Virus record (IMG/VR): IMGVR_UViG_640753059_000001
Length of the DNA: 64,000 nucleotides
Strand: one strand, 5' to 3'
DNA from: a virus
Lineage: Duplodnaviria; Caudoviricetes
Shown here: in pieces, positions 16,973 through 24,737 of the stretch
How positions within the stretch are numbered: the stretch's first letter is position 1
Layout of the letters: every line of letters begins with the position of its first letter
Made by a program: the position numbers and the translations under genes
The notes under the pieces: model-generated
What the model was told of the DNA's origin: nothing
Seen by the model: only the letters and a program-made list of their open reading frames with translations
Database searches by the model: none

Positions 16973-17691
16973 TCATGCGCGACCCGACCAAAACCGACGG
17001 CCGTTGCCGCACCTGTGGCCGCCCTCTAGGGGGTGATGAACATGAGGTAGATGGGGTGCCGGGGGTGTTCCATCTGGAGTGCTCGCCGGGAAAGGACTCG
17101 GTCCTTTGGTGCGCCCATATTCGCGGCCCTGACGATGTGGTCGCATGCGTTGATTACGGCGCCGCAGTCAAGCTTTGCGATGAAATCAATGCCGTTGCCA
17201 AGACGGTGGCGCATCTTGATGTGCTTTGCATCGCTTACCCGGCGGTGTGGCCGTGGGGCGCATCAGAACATGCCGCGGATCTTGCGCGGGGCAATGAATA
17301 CCGAGACGCCGTTCCTCCCGCCCCCGTTGCCTCTCACGAACCGGCATCGGTGAGCGAGGAGGTGCGCCTCGGCTGGCTCTATTTCAATGAGGACACGGGC
17401 CCGGAATGGTCCGAGCAGCATCCCGTCGAGAGTGGAGAGGTTCCGGACGCAACCGACGTTCGGCCGGCGACGCTGGAAGCGCTGAAGGCGGCACTTGTGG
17501 ACGCATGGGCCGCCACCACCCCCGGCCCGCCCCCGGAGCCCGCGAAGGCCGAGGTGGTGAGGCATCTTGTTGTGGATGCCCTCGCGCAGGAAATCCGGCG
17601 CGTGGATGGGGAACATAAGCTTGGAGCGGGCGCCCTTGCTGAAGCACCGATGCCGTTCTTCTCCGCTCTCACCACAAAGCAGGAGGCGTGA
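16969..17691 (+). CDS. Mosaic multidomain hypothetical protein
   Basis: CRTCG, WCAHIRGPDD, ALAQEIRRVDGEHKLGAGALAE modules joined by Pro-rich linkers. Confidence 0.65.
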   Translation: MIMRDPTKTDGRCRTCGRPLGGDEHEVDGVPGVFHLECSPGKDSVLWCAHIRGPDDVVACVDYGAAVKLCDEINAVAKTVAHLDVLCIAYPAVWPWGASEHAADLARGNEYRDAVPPAPVASHEPASVSEEVRLGWLYFNEDTGPEWSEQHPVESGEVPDATDVRPATLEALKAALVDAWAATTPGPPPEPAKAEVVRHLVVDALAQEIRRVDGEHKLGAGALAEAPMPFFSALTTKQEA

Positions 17692-17960
17692 CGATGGCAG
17701 ATGTTCCATATCACCAGATGACAGCCGCGCAGAAGCTCCGTGCCTACTGGCACCCGAGGTGTGATGCCGATCCGGTCCCCTGCGAGTTCGACGAAGATAT
17801 GGAGGCCGCAGGGCTCATCACTATTCGCGAGGTGACCAAGTACGACCTGGACGACGATTGTTTCGCCGCAGAGCGGGGGATCGAACTCGGCGGGTGGCTG
17901 TGGGAGCTTACCGAATCCGGCCGCGCGACCCTCGTCGAAGCCAAGAAGCAGGAGGGCTGA
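17688..17960 (+). CDS. Hypothetical protein, wHTH-like
   Basis: AAGLIT...WELTESGR; coupled. Confidence 0.6.
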   Translation: MTMADVPYHQMTAAQKLRAYWHPRCDADPVPCEFDEDMEAAGLITIREVTKYDLDDDCFAAERGIELGGWLWELTESGRATLVEAKKQEG

Positions 17961-18037
17961 GCCATGGCTGAGGATACCACGGAAGGCTCAGGGCCTGAAC
18001 TTCTCCGGCCTCACCCCGTGTCGCTGACGATGCTTCG

Positions 18038-18289
18038 GTGTCGTACCGGGCCAAGCATATTCGCGCTCTGTTTGCTGAGATTGAGCGGCTTAAGGCGAAA
18101 GCTGAAGAACAAGAGCGCGCTCTCGTACTCGCCGGAAAGACGCTTTCGGCGCTGGGCAGAACCAACGCCCGCCTGAGTGATTGGCTTATCAGGGTGATCG
18201 ATTGCGACCGTCACAATTTCTATGACGGGCCGCCGCCTCGCTATGTCGAGGTTGCCCGCGCCGCCCTCAACCCAAAGGACCCCACATGA
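18038..18289 (+). CDS. Hypothetical coiled-coil protein
   Basis: LFAEIERLK...VARAAL; start uncertain. Confidence 0.5.
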   Translation: MSYRAKHIRALFAEIERLKAKAEEQERALVLAGKTLSALGRTNARLSDWLIRVIDCDRHNFYDGPPPRYVEVARAALNPKDPT

Positions 18290-18474
18290 CCGAACCCGAC
18301 AAGATCACCATCCTCTCTGCCGAGAACGCCGAGTTGAAGAAGCAGCTTCAGCAATCCAAGATCGCCATGTCATGCCTAGCCGCCTCTCGCGATAGGTGGC
18401 GCATGGAAGCGCGGGGCAAGATCACGCCCGCTTGGCGCGCCATTGTCGAGGGCGAGAGGCCCATCGAAGGCTGA
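18286..18474 (+). CDS. Hypothetical protein
   Basis: ATGA coupled. Confidence 0.55.
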   Translation: MTEPDKITILSAENAELKKQLQQSKIAMSCLAASRDRWRMEARGKITPAWRAIVEGERPIEG

Positions 18475-18504
18475 ACCGCGGATCAATCAACACAGGGGCC
18501 GTGC

Positions 18505-19044
18505 ATGGCAAAGAGGCGTGGACGCATCTCGGAACAGAACCAGGTCGGCCGCATGGTCCTGCCAGAGGACCGCATCCGCAACGGGATGATGGACGGCCCC
18601 TCATATCGCAGGACCAGGATGCGGGAGAAGGCGCCCCGCGCCTCTGCCATCCCCCGCGCGCCAGTGTCCACCGAAGATGTGGAGAGGCGCGTCATGCGAG
18701 CGATGAAGACGCTCCGGGCTCTTCCCGATAAGGAAGCCAGATTCCACCGTGTCCAGTCACAGTGGCCATCCCATGTCCAAGAGGCAATGGACGCCTACGG
18801 CAGCGTAGAGGCCGTGATCCCGCGCTTCAACCCGACGCCGTTCGATGTCACGGATTGCCTCCATGCCCTAACGTGGGTGAGGCATCTCGAAAAGAACGAC
18901 TGGAAGATACTGTGGTGGCGGTCGTTCGAGTTGTCCTTCGGGACCATCGCGATGTATATCGGGCGCTCAGATGAGACCGCGAGACGGCGCTATAGGGACA
19001 TCATGATCGATGTATGGACCGCTGCAAATGGTCTGGCGACGTGA
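18505..19044 (+). CDS. Late transcription regulator (Q position; DUF6362-like, C-terminal HTH)
   Basis: AMKTLRALPD..SQWP..ALTWV..ILWWRS..SFGTIAMYIGRSDETARRRY; last gene before ncRNA/terminase. Confidence 0.65.
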   Translation: MAKRRGRISEQNQVGRMVLPEDRIRNGMMDGPSYRRTRMREKAPRASAIPRAPVSTEDVERRVMRAMKTLRALPDKEARFHRVQSQWPSHVQEAMDAYGSVEAVIPRFNPTPFDVTDCLHALTWVRHLEKNDWKILWWRSFELSFGTIAMYIGRSDETARRRYRDIMIDVWTAANGLAT

Positions 19045-19270
19045 TGTTCAGATGAGGCCGGCGCTTCGTCTTTGAGTTATCCACAGGAAAGCGAAAATTC
19101 AGTCTTGTTTTTTCGTGGCAAATGTGGCTTAAGGGATATCGAAGCAATTCAAAATGGGCCGCAGTGCGGCGAGGCGTTGCGCGCGCGGCAATATGAAGGT
19201 TTTGAGCCGAGGCTCATCCAGAAGGTACAGTGCCGCGACCGAGGCCTCTTGTGATTCTCGCGGCCGGACT

Positions 19271-19369
19271 GGCAGACGAAACCGAGTAGTACGCCCGGAC
19301 GCCGGTTCGAATCCGGCCAGTCGAAAGGCTGTAGCTCAGTGGATAGAGCGGTGGCGGAAACCCGGGCCA
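19271..19369 (+). ncRNA. Arm-permuted tRNA-mimic RNA (YrlA/Y-RNA-like topology)
   Basis: T-arm 19301-19317, GAAA-capped stem 19318-19331, D-arm 19334-19349, closing stem 19293-19298/19362-19367, ends GCCA. Confidence 0.7.
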
Positions 19370-19371
19370 AT

Positions 19372-19573
19372 AGTTTCGCGCTACGGCGCAGTGTAATCCC
19401 TGAGCGAAAGCTCGTGTTGAAGCAAGGCGCGCGATAGTGCCGAGTGGAGCGGGTGAGTAGGTGACGCGGCACGGCCCCGCGATGGACCGCCGGGAAGCTA
19501 CGGCGACAGGGTGAGGACGGCGCAAGCCGGTGGCCAAGGCCTTTGCCTCCCCCGAGTTTCGCGCTACGGCGCA
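19372..19573 (+). repeat. 19-nt direct repeat AGTTTCGCGCTACGGCGCA x2
   Basis: Exact copies at 19372-19390 and 19555-19573; AGTTTCG again at 19669-19675; each full copy has a c(UACG)g hairpin. Confidence 0.9.
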
Positions 19574-19774
19574 CACGAGTTCGACGCGGTTCCGAAAGCC
19601 GCCATTGGAACGCGAAAACGGCGACTGTGGCGTTGGCCGTGCCTCGTGGAAATGGCCCCGCGTCGATCAGTTTCGAGAGAGCGCCAAGCGCCGGCCTCTC
19701 GGGAGAGCGTTCCTCCAGGCTTGGAGGCGAAGCCCGTGGATTTACCCGCGGCCGCAGGGGTGGCTTCCCTGCGC
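19391..19774 (+). ncRNA. Structured RNA domains of unknown class
   Basis: GNRA hairpins (GAGC-GAAA-GCTC, CGGC-GCAA-GCCG), long-range stems (GTGCCG/CGGCAC, TCGACGCGG/CCGCGTCGA); no convincing ORF. Confidence 0.55.
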
Positions 19775-19779
19775 TATGC

Positions 19780-19854
19780 ATCGGTGTGTTGTAGTGGAAG
19801 CATGCGGGTCTCCAAAACCCTGCGGCGGGGGTTCAAATCCTCCCACCTTTGCCA
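19780..19854 (+). tRNA. tRNA-Trp(CCA), degenerate
   Basis: Anticodon loop CTCCAAA, T-arm GGGGG-TTCAAAT-CCTCC, encoded G-CCA; two acceptor-stem mismatches. Confidence 0.75.
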
Positions 19855-19869
19855 ATTTGGACTAAGGCC

Positions 19870-20094
19870 ATGTCCCGTTCTCGCAGACATACTCCGATCT
19901 TCGGAAATACCTGCTCAGAGAGTGAGCGGCAGTTCAAGGCATTCGAGCATCGCCGGGAGCGCAGAGCCATCCGGGCCGCGCTGCCTGACGACGACCTGCC
20001 GGCGCCCAAGGCCTATGGGAACCCATGGGCTGGTCCCAAGGACGGCAGGCACTACTGGGGTTCAAAGGCGCGTGACAAGGACATGAGGAAGTAG
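19870..20094 (+). CDS. Small Arg/Lys-rich protein
   Basis: MSRSRRHTPIFG...HRRERR...NPWAGPKDG; 15 nt after tRNA. Confidence 0.75.
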   Translation: MSRSRRHTPIFGNTCSESERQFKAFEHRRERRAIRAALPDDDLPAPKAYGNPWAGPKDGRHYWGSKARDKDMRK

Positions 20095-20096
20095 CC

Positions 20097-20273
20097 ATGC
20101 CTCTCCTATTCTGGATCGGGGCATGGACGATCATGTTTGGTCTGGCTCATGGCTGTGTCCCTGTGGCCCCGGCAGAGCCGCCCCGCGCAGTGCTCCCGTC
20201 CATTCCGCAGGTAGACCATCCTGAAGGCCGGCGGCAGAAGCGCGACGCTCGCGGGCGGTTTGTGAAGGGGTGA
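20097..20273 (+). CDS. Small membrane/lipoprotein with RDARGRF tail
   Basis: Hand translation MPLLFWIGAWTIMFGLAHGC...QKRDARGRFVKG; overlaps next start. Confidence 0.5.
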   Translation: MPLLFWIGAWTIMFGLAHGCVPVAPAEPPRAVLPSIPQVDHPEGRRQKRDARGRFVKG

Positions 20274-20458
20274 TGGTGCTGACGCTCATACTGACAGTCT
20301 GCCTCGCCTCGAACCCAACAGCATGCCGGGAAGAGCGCTCGCCGACCGAGGCCGTCTTGCCGATGGAATGCGTGCAGGCGGCTAACGAGTGGGCCGTGGC
20401 GCATCCCTGGCTCACGGTACAGCGCTGGACATGCCGGCGAGCGGGTAGGGGCGCGTGA
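20270..20458 (+). CDS. Small Cys-containing secreted protein
   Basis: LILTVCLASNPTACREE..C..W...HP.L.V.RWTC. Confidence 0.65.
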   Translation: MMVLTLILTVCLASNPTACREERSPTEAVLPMECVQAANEWAVAHPWLTVQRWTCRRAGRGA

Positions 20459-20459
20459 A

Positions 20460-20747
20460 TTGACCGAGCTGTACGACGCCTTCTTTGCCCCTGTTCACGA
20501 CGCCATGGTAGAATCCAAGGGCGACCGTGAAACGCTTCGGGCTGAGAAGGTAGTGTCTGCGTTCCTGAAGGCTATTCCTGAAGCCGACTACTTCCTCATT
20601 CACCGAGACGTGATGGTGAAGATGAACGGCGCGATGCTCGCGGCCCAAGCCTACATCCGGCTTCAGAAGGAAGAGCTTCTGCGCCTCGCCATCGATGGGG
20701 CAGAGGTGAATGTTGGCCTGCTGGGTGAGATGGAGCCGCTTCAGTAG
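20460..20747 (+). CDS. Hypothetical protein
   Basis: ORF in operon. Confidence 0.55.
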   Translation: MTELYDAFFAPVHDAMVESKGDRETLRAEKVVSAFLKAIPEADYFLIHRDVMVKMNGAMLAAQAYIRLQKEELLRLAIDGAEVNVGLLGEMEPLQ

Positions 20748-20957
20748 CGCGATGAACATCCGGATCGATTGTTCGACCGACATTGCCATCAAGCTCCTGT
20801 CAGCGCCCGATGTCACCCCATGGGCAAGGTTACATGCATTCAAGGTTGTAGGGACAGAGGCGAACACCTTCGTCGGCTACTGGCCCCATGTATACGATCA
20901 TGCAGCTACCCCAGAAACGGGAAGGCTCAGGTGCAGGAAAAGCGGTAAGGCGAAGAA

Positions 20958-21263
20958 GTGATGGACGCCTCGAAAGGCAAGGCCGCCCCTAAGGTAGGAT
21001 TGGATAGGTCCAAGACCGGCCGGAAGAAGGGCACCCCGAACAAGACGACTGCGCTCCTCAAGGACGCAATCATCAAGGCCGCTGAGGCTGTGGGCGAAAA
21101 CGGCGAAGGACGCGAAGGATTGGTCGGCTACCTGAAGCGGGTGGCGAAAGAGGACGTGAAGGCATTTTCGTCCCTGCTTGGAAAGGTCCTCCCGTTGCAG
21201 GTGACAGGCGACAATGATGGGCCTATCCAGATCCTCGTCTACCCTGAGGACCGCTCCGTTTGA
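20958..21263 (+). CDS. terS: Terminase small subunit
   Basis: GRKKGTPNKTT..LKDAI..LLGKVLPLQV; directly upstream of TerL. Confidence 0.8.
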   Translation: MMDASKGKAAPKVGLDRSKTGRKKGTPNKTTALLKDAIIKAAEAVGENGEGREGLVGYLKRVAKEDVKAFSSLLGKVLPLQVTGDNDGPIQILVYPEDRSV

Positions 21264-23286
21264 ACTAACAGGCCGCCAGAGGGAAGCCCTTCGGCTCCTT
21301 GGAGGCCCGCAGCGGCATACGATGCTTGCGGGTGGCGCGAGGTCGGGCAAGACGTTCCTTCTTACGCGTGGCGTTGTCGTTAGGGCGCTGAAGGCTCCAG
21401 AGAGCCGGCACGCTATCCTGAGGTTCAGGGCAAACGCAGTTCGGTCGTCTGTAGCGCTGGACACACTGCCTAAGGTCACCAGCCTGTGCTTCCCTGGCCT
21501 GAAGCTTGTCGAGCACCGGCAGGATGGGTTCTTTGAGCTTCCGAACGGCTCTCAGATCTGGCTAGGTGGTCTGGACGACAAGGAGCGGGTTGAAAAGATC
21601 CTCGGGCAGGAATATTGCTTGGACCCAGAATCCCTCGTTCTCGCGGCTGACCTGCGTTGGGTCCCGGCGCACACTCTCAATGTCGGCGATCAGATCGTTG
21701 GGTTCCCGGAAGACCTGCGCGGAAACCAGACGCTGGAGCGCTCCAGCGTTGAGCGCACCGAGATTATAGAGGCGCATAAATATCGGGTCGTCACGGATCG
21801 TGGGGAGACGATTGTCTCGGCGCAGCACAAATTCGTCTACGGCAAGCCCCGCACGCACAACCGCTTGCGATGGGTCGACGCGCAAAACTTAAAACCGGGT
21901 GACTGGATCAAGTTTGCCGCGTCGCCTTGGGCTGAGAAAAAGGATTACACCGGCGGGTGGCTAGCGGGCATTTATGACGGTGAAGGGTGCATCTCCCAGA
22001 CGGACACTTACACCCACTGTCAGGTTGCCCAGAAGCCTGGCCTTGTCCTCGACGCCATTCGAGAAGGTCTTGCGGAAATTGGCGTGATCGCCAATGAGTC
22101 GCCGCAATCGGCCAGCGGCGTAGTCAACCTGCATTGTGCTGGCATGTGGCAGGCTATGCGGCTGCTTGGCATGGTCCGCCCACGCCGGCTGATGCCAAAA
22201 TCTGCTAAGGTTTGGGAGGGACGGCGGGCATTCAACACGCGCGGCGACCACCATTATGCGAAGGTCGTGTCGGTGGAGTACATTGGCCGTGGACCGGTCG
22301 TGTCGCTCGGCACCAGCACCAAAACGCTGATTGCTGACGGGTTCTTGGGCCATAATTGCACCCTCTATTTTAACGAGTGCTCGCAGATCCCTTATAGCTC
22401 TATCCTAGTCGCCCGCACCCGTTTGGCGCAGGTTGTGCCGGGCCTGATGCAGCGTGCACTTTATGACCTGAACCCAGCCGGGACGGGGCATTGGACCTAC
22501 CGCGAGTTTATCGAGGGGCGCGACCCGATCAGCGGTGCGCCGCTTAGTGCCCCGGACAATTTTCAGCATATGTTCCTCAACCCTGGGGACAATGCCAAGA
22601 ACCTGTCACCTGAGTTCCTGAGGAGCCTTGAGGCGCTGCCAGAAAAGCAGCGGCGTCGGTTTTTCGATGGCATGTACGTCGCGGAGATCGACGGCGCGCT
22701 TTGGACGCTTGATCTAATTGAGCGGTGCCGGTCAGAGCCAATCGCTCCTGGCGATCACCGGCTGAGGCGCATCGTCATCGGGGTTGACCCATCGGGGGCT
22801 GCGAACAAGGAAGACGCGAGGTCCGATGAAATCGGCATTGTCGTCGCAGGCATGATGGACGACGGGACGGCGGTCATCCTTGAGGATGGTACTGTCCGGG
22901 ACGGGCCGTCAGGCTGGGGCAAGGTCGTCGCTGGCCTCTACCATAAGTGGGGTGCTGACCGGGTGATCGCAGAGCGAAACTATGGCGGTGCCATGGTTGA
23001 GTTCGTGATCCTCACGGCGGACAAAAGCATTCCGGTTTCGGTGATTACAGCGTCGCGTGGGAAGCACATCCGAGCTGAGCCGGTGTCCGCGCTCTACGAG
23101 CAGGGCAAGGTGAGGCACGCGGGCCGGTTTCCTGAGATGGAAGACCAGTTCACCAACTTTTCGACATCCGGATACATGGGCGACCGGTCCCCGGATCGCG
23201 CCGACGCGGCTGTGTGGGCGCTCACCGAACTGATGCTCGACCCCGACCAGTTCGACCCCAATAAGTGGATCAAGGCCTTTTCATGA
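21214..23286 (+). CDS. terL: Terminase large subunit containing an intein
   Basis: Walker A GGARSGKT, LYFNE, LNP, IGVDPS, DRADA nuclease motifs. Confidence 0.95.
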   Translation: MMGLSRSSSTLRTAPFELTGRQREALRLLGGPQRHTMLAGGARSGKTFLLTRGVVVRALKAPESRHAILRFRANAVRSSVALDTLPKVTSLCFPGLKLVEHRQDGFFELPNGSQIWLGGLDDKERVEKILGQEYCLDPESLVLAADLRWVPAHTLNVGDQIVGFPEDLRGNQTLERSSVERTEIIEAHKYRVVTDRGETIVSAQHKFVYGKPRTHNRLRWVDAQNLKPGDWIKFAASPWAEKKDYTGGWLAGIYDGEGCISQTDTYTHCQVAQKPGLVLDAIREGLAEIGVIANESPQSASGVVNLHCAGMWQAMRLLGMVRPRRLMPKSAKVWEGRRAFNTRGDHHYAKVVSVEYIGRGPVVSLGTSTKTLIADGFLGHNCTLYFNECSQIPYSSILVARTRLAQVVPGLMQRALYDLNPAGTGHWTYREFIEGRDPISGAPLSAPDNFQHMFLNPGDNAKNLSPEFLRSLEALPEKQRRRFFDGMYVAEIDGALWTLDLIERCRSEPIAPGDHRLRRIVIGVDPSGAANKEDARSDEIGIVVAGMMDDGTAVILEDGTVRDGPSGWGKVVAGLYHKWGADRVIAERNYGGAMVEFVILTADKSIPVSVITASRGKHIRAEPVSALYEQGKVRHAGRFPEMEDQFTNFSTSGYMGDRSPDRADAAVWALTELMLDPDQFDPNKWIKAFS
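21616..22356 (+). mobile_element. Intein (247 aa) with LAGLIDADG motif
   Basis: N-terminal CLDPESLVL, block B SAQH, WLAGIYDGEG, C-terminal LIADGFLGHN followed by Cys+1. Confidence 0.93.
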
Positions 23287-24737
23287 ACCGAGCCGCACGC
23301 AAGGCAGCAATCCGGGCGCAGGGGGCAGAGAAGCCCAGCGCCCCGCTGCATGATGCGGCGCCGAAGGCGGACAGCTACCAGAATTTTGAGGCACGGCTTG
23401 GGCTCGGGACCGACAACCAGTCTGGATCTGCGACCTATGGCTTCAACCCCATCACGCGGTCGCGCCAGCAGCTCGAATACATGTATCGGGGGTCATGGAT
23501 TGTCGGGCAGGCTGTCGATTGCGTCGCTGAGGACATGACCCGCGCCGGCATCGACATCACATCGGACATTGCCCCTGACGACATCGACGCTGTGCAGACT
23601 GGGTTCGAGCGCCATGGGGTATGGCAGGCGCTGAACGACACGATCAAGTGGTCTCGCCTCTATGGTGGCGGCCTCGCTGTCATTCTGATTGAGGGGCAAA
23701 AACTCAACACCCCGCTCCGCCTCGAATCCATCGGGAAGGGGCAGTTCAAGGGGCTCTATTCTCTCGACCGCTGGTGCGTCCAGCCAGCCTATGGCAAGCC
23801 GGTCTCCGAGTTCGGCCCGGATATGGGAAAGCCGAGCGAATACCGCATCACTGTAGACGCCCCCGCGCTTGGCGGGCAGAACGTCCATCATAGCCGGATC
23901 ATCCGGATGGACGGCATCCCCTTGCCGTACTGGCAGCGCCAGTCTGAGCAGGGGTGGGGCATGTCCGTGATCGAGCGGCTTTACGACCGCCTCGTGGCTT
24001 TCGATAGCACGACGCAGGGCGCGGCGCAGTTGGTGTTCAAGGCCCACCTTCGGACCATGAAGGTGGAGAAGCTGCGGGAAATCCTCGCAAGCGGCGGGGC
24101 CGTAGAAGCCGCTCTGATCAAGCAGATGGAGATGATCCGCCGGTTCCAGTCGATTGAGGGGCTGACCCTTATTGACGGAGCGGACGATTTCGAGACGCAC
24201 AGCTATACGTTCTCCGGGCTTTCGGACGTGCTGTTGCAGTTCGCGCAGCAGCTTTCCGGGGCCTTGCAGATCCCACTGGTGAGGCTCTTCGGGCAATCCC
24301 CAGCGGGGCTCAATGCCACGGGTGAAAGCGACATCAGGACCTATTACGACCTGATCAGCCAGCAGCAGGAATCCAAGCTTCGCGCGGGCGTCGAGCTTTT
24401 GGTGAACATCATCTACCGGTCGGATGTGGGTGGCGACACCCCAGACGATTTGTCCTTCACCTTCAACCCGCTCTGGCAGATGAGCGAGATGGACAAGGCG
24501 ACCATCGCCGCGAACATCACCGCTGCCGTTGTCGCGGCCGAGGGCAGCGGCCTGGTGTCCCGTCCTGCCGCCCTGAAGGAGCTGCGCCAGTCGGCCGATG
24601 TGACCGGCGTCTGGTCCAATGTGACGGATGAGGAAATCACCGAGGCGGAGAACGAGCCGCCGCCGCTCCCTGAGATGCCCCTCGCTCCTTTGGGGGCAGA
24701 GAGCAATAAGGAGGGCGCGGGCGAGGTTCTGCCATGA
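23283..24737 (+). CDS. Portal protein (DUF1073 type)
   Basis: MYRGSWI..AEDMTR, WSRLYGG, IPLVRLFGQSPAGLNATGESD, FNPLWQ. Confidence 0.9.
   Translation: MNRAARKAAIRAQGAEKPSAPLHDAAPKADSYQNFEARLGLGTDNQSGSATYGFNPITRSRQQLEYMYRGSWIVGQAVDCVAEDMTRAGIDITSDIAPDDIDAVQTGFERHGVWQALNDTIKWSRLYGGGLAVILIEGQKLNTPLRLESIGKGQFKGLYSLDRWCVQPAYGKPVSEFGPDMGKPSEYRITVDAPALGGQNVHHSRIIRMDGIPLPYWQRQSEQGWGMSVIERLYDRLVAFDSTTQGAAQLVFKAHLRTMKVEKLREILASGGAVEAALIKQMEMIRRFQSIEGLTLIDGADDFETHSYTFSGLSDVLLQFAQQLSGALQIPLVRLFGQSPAGLNATGESDIRTYYDLISQQQESKLRAGVELLVNIIYRSDVGGDTPDDLSFTFNPLWQMSEMDKATIAANITAAVVAAEGSGLVSRPAALKELRQSADVTGVWSNVTDEEITEAENEPPPLPEMPLAPLGAESNKEGAGEVLP

Noticed and set aside
17964-18289. Programmed frameshift joining 17964 and 18038 ORFs
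   Set aside because: No slippery sequence or homology evidence; the start is simply uncertain
19290-19560. Two-piece (permuted) alphaproteobacterial tmRNA
   Set aside because: GGAC before the T-arm is tmRNA-like, but there is a true D-stem, no CCA after the acceptor-like strand and no recognisable tag reading frame
19372-19675. CRISPR mini-array
   Set aside because: Only two full 19-nt repeats, spacers of about 165 and 95 nt that are themselves structured, and no cas genes
19391-19774. Hammerhead/HDV ribozyme or group I/II intron
   Set aside because: I could not place a complete catalytic core (CUGANGA...GAAA with stems, or domain V) by eye; needs a covariance search
23283-24737. Anti-CBASS Acb1 label sometimes attached to DUF1073 proteins
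   Set aside because: Position and motifs are those of a portal; I saw no additional 2H-phosphoesterase (HxT) domain
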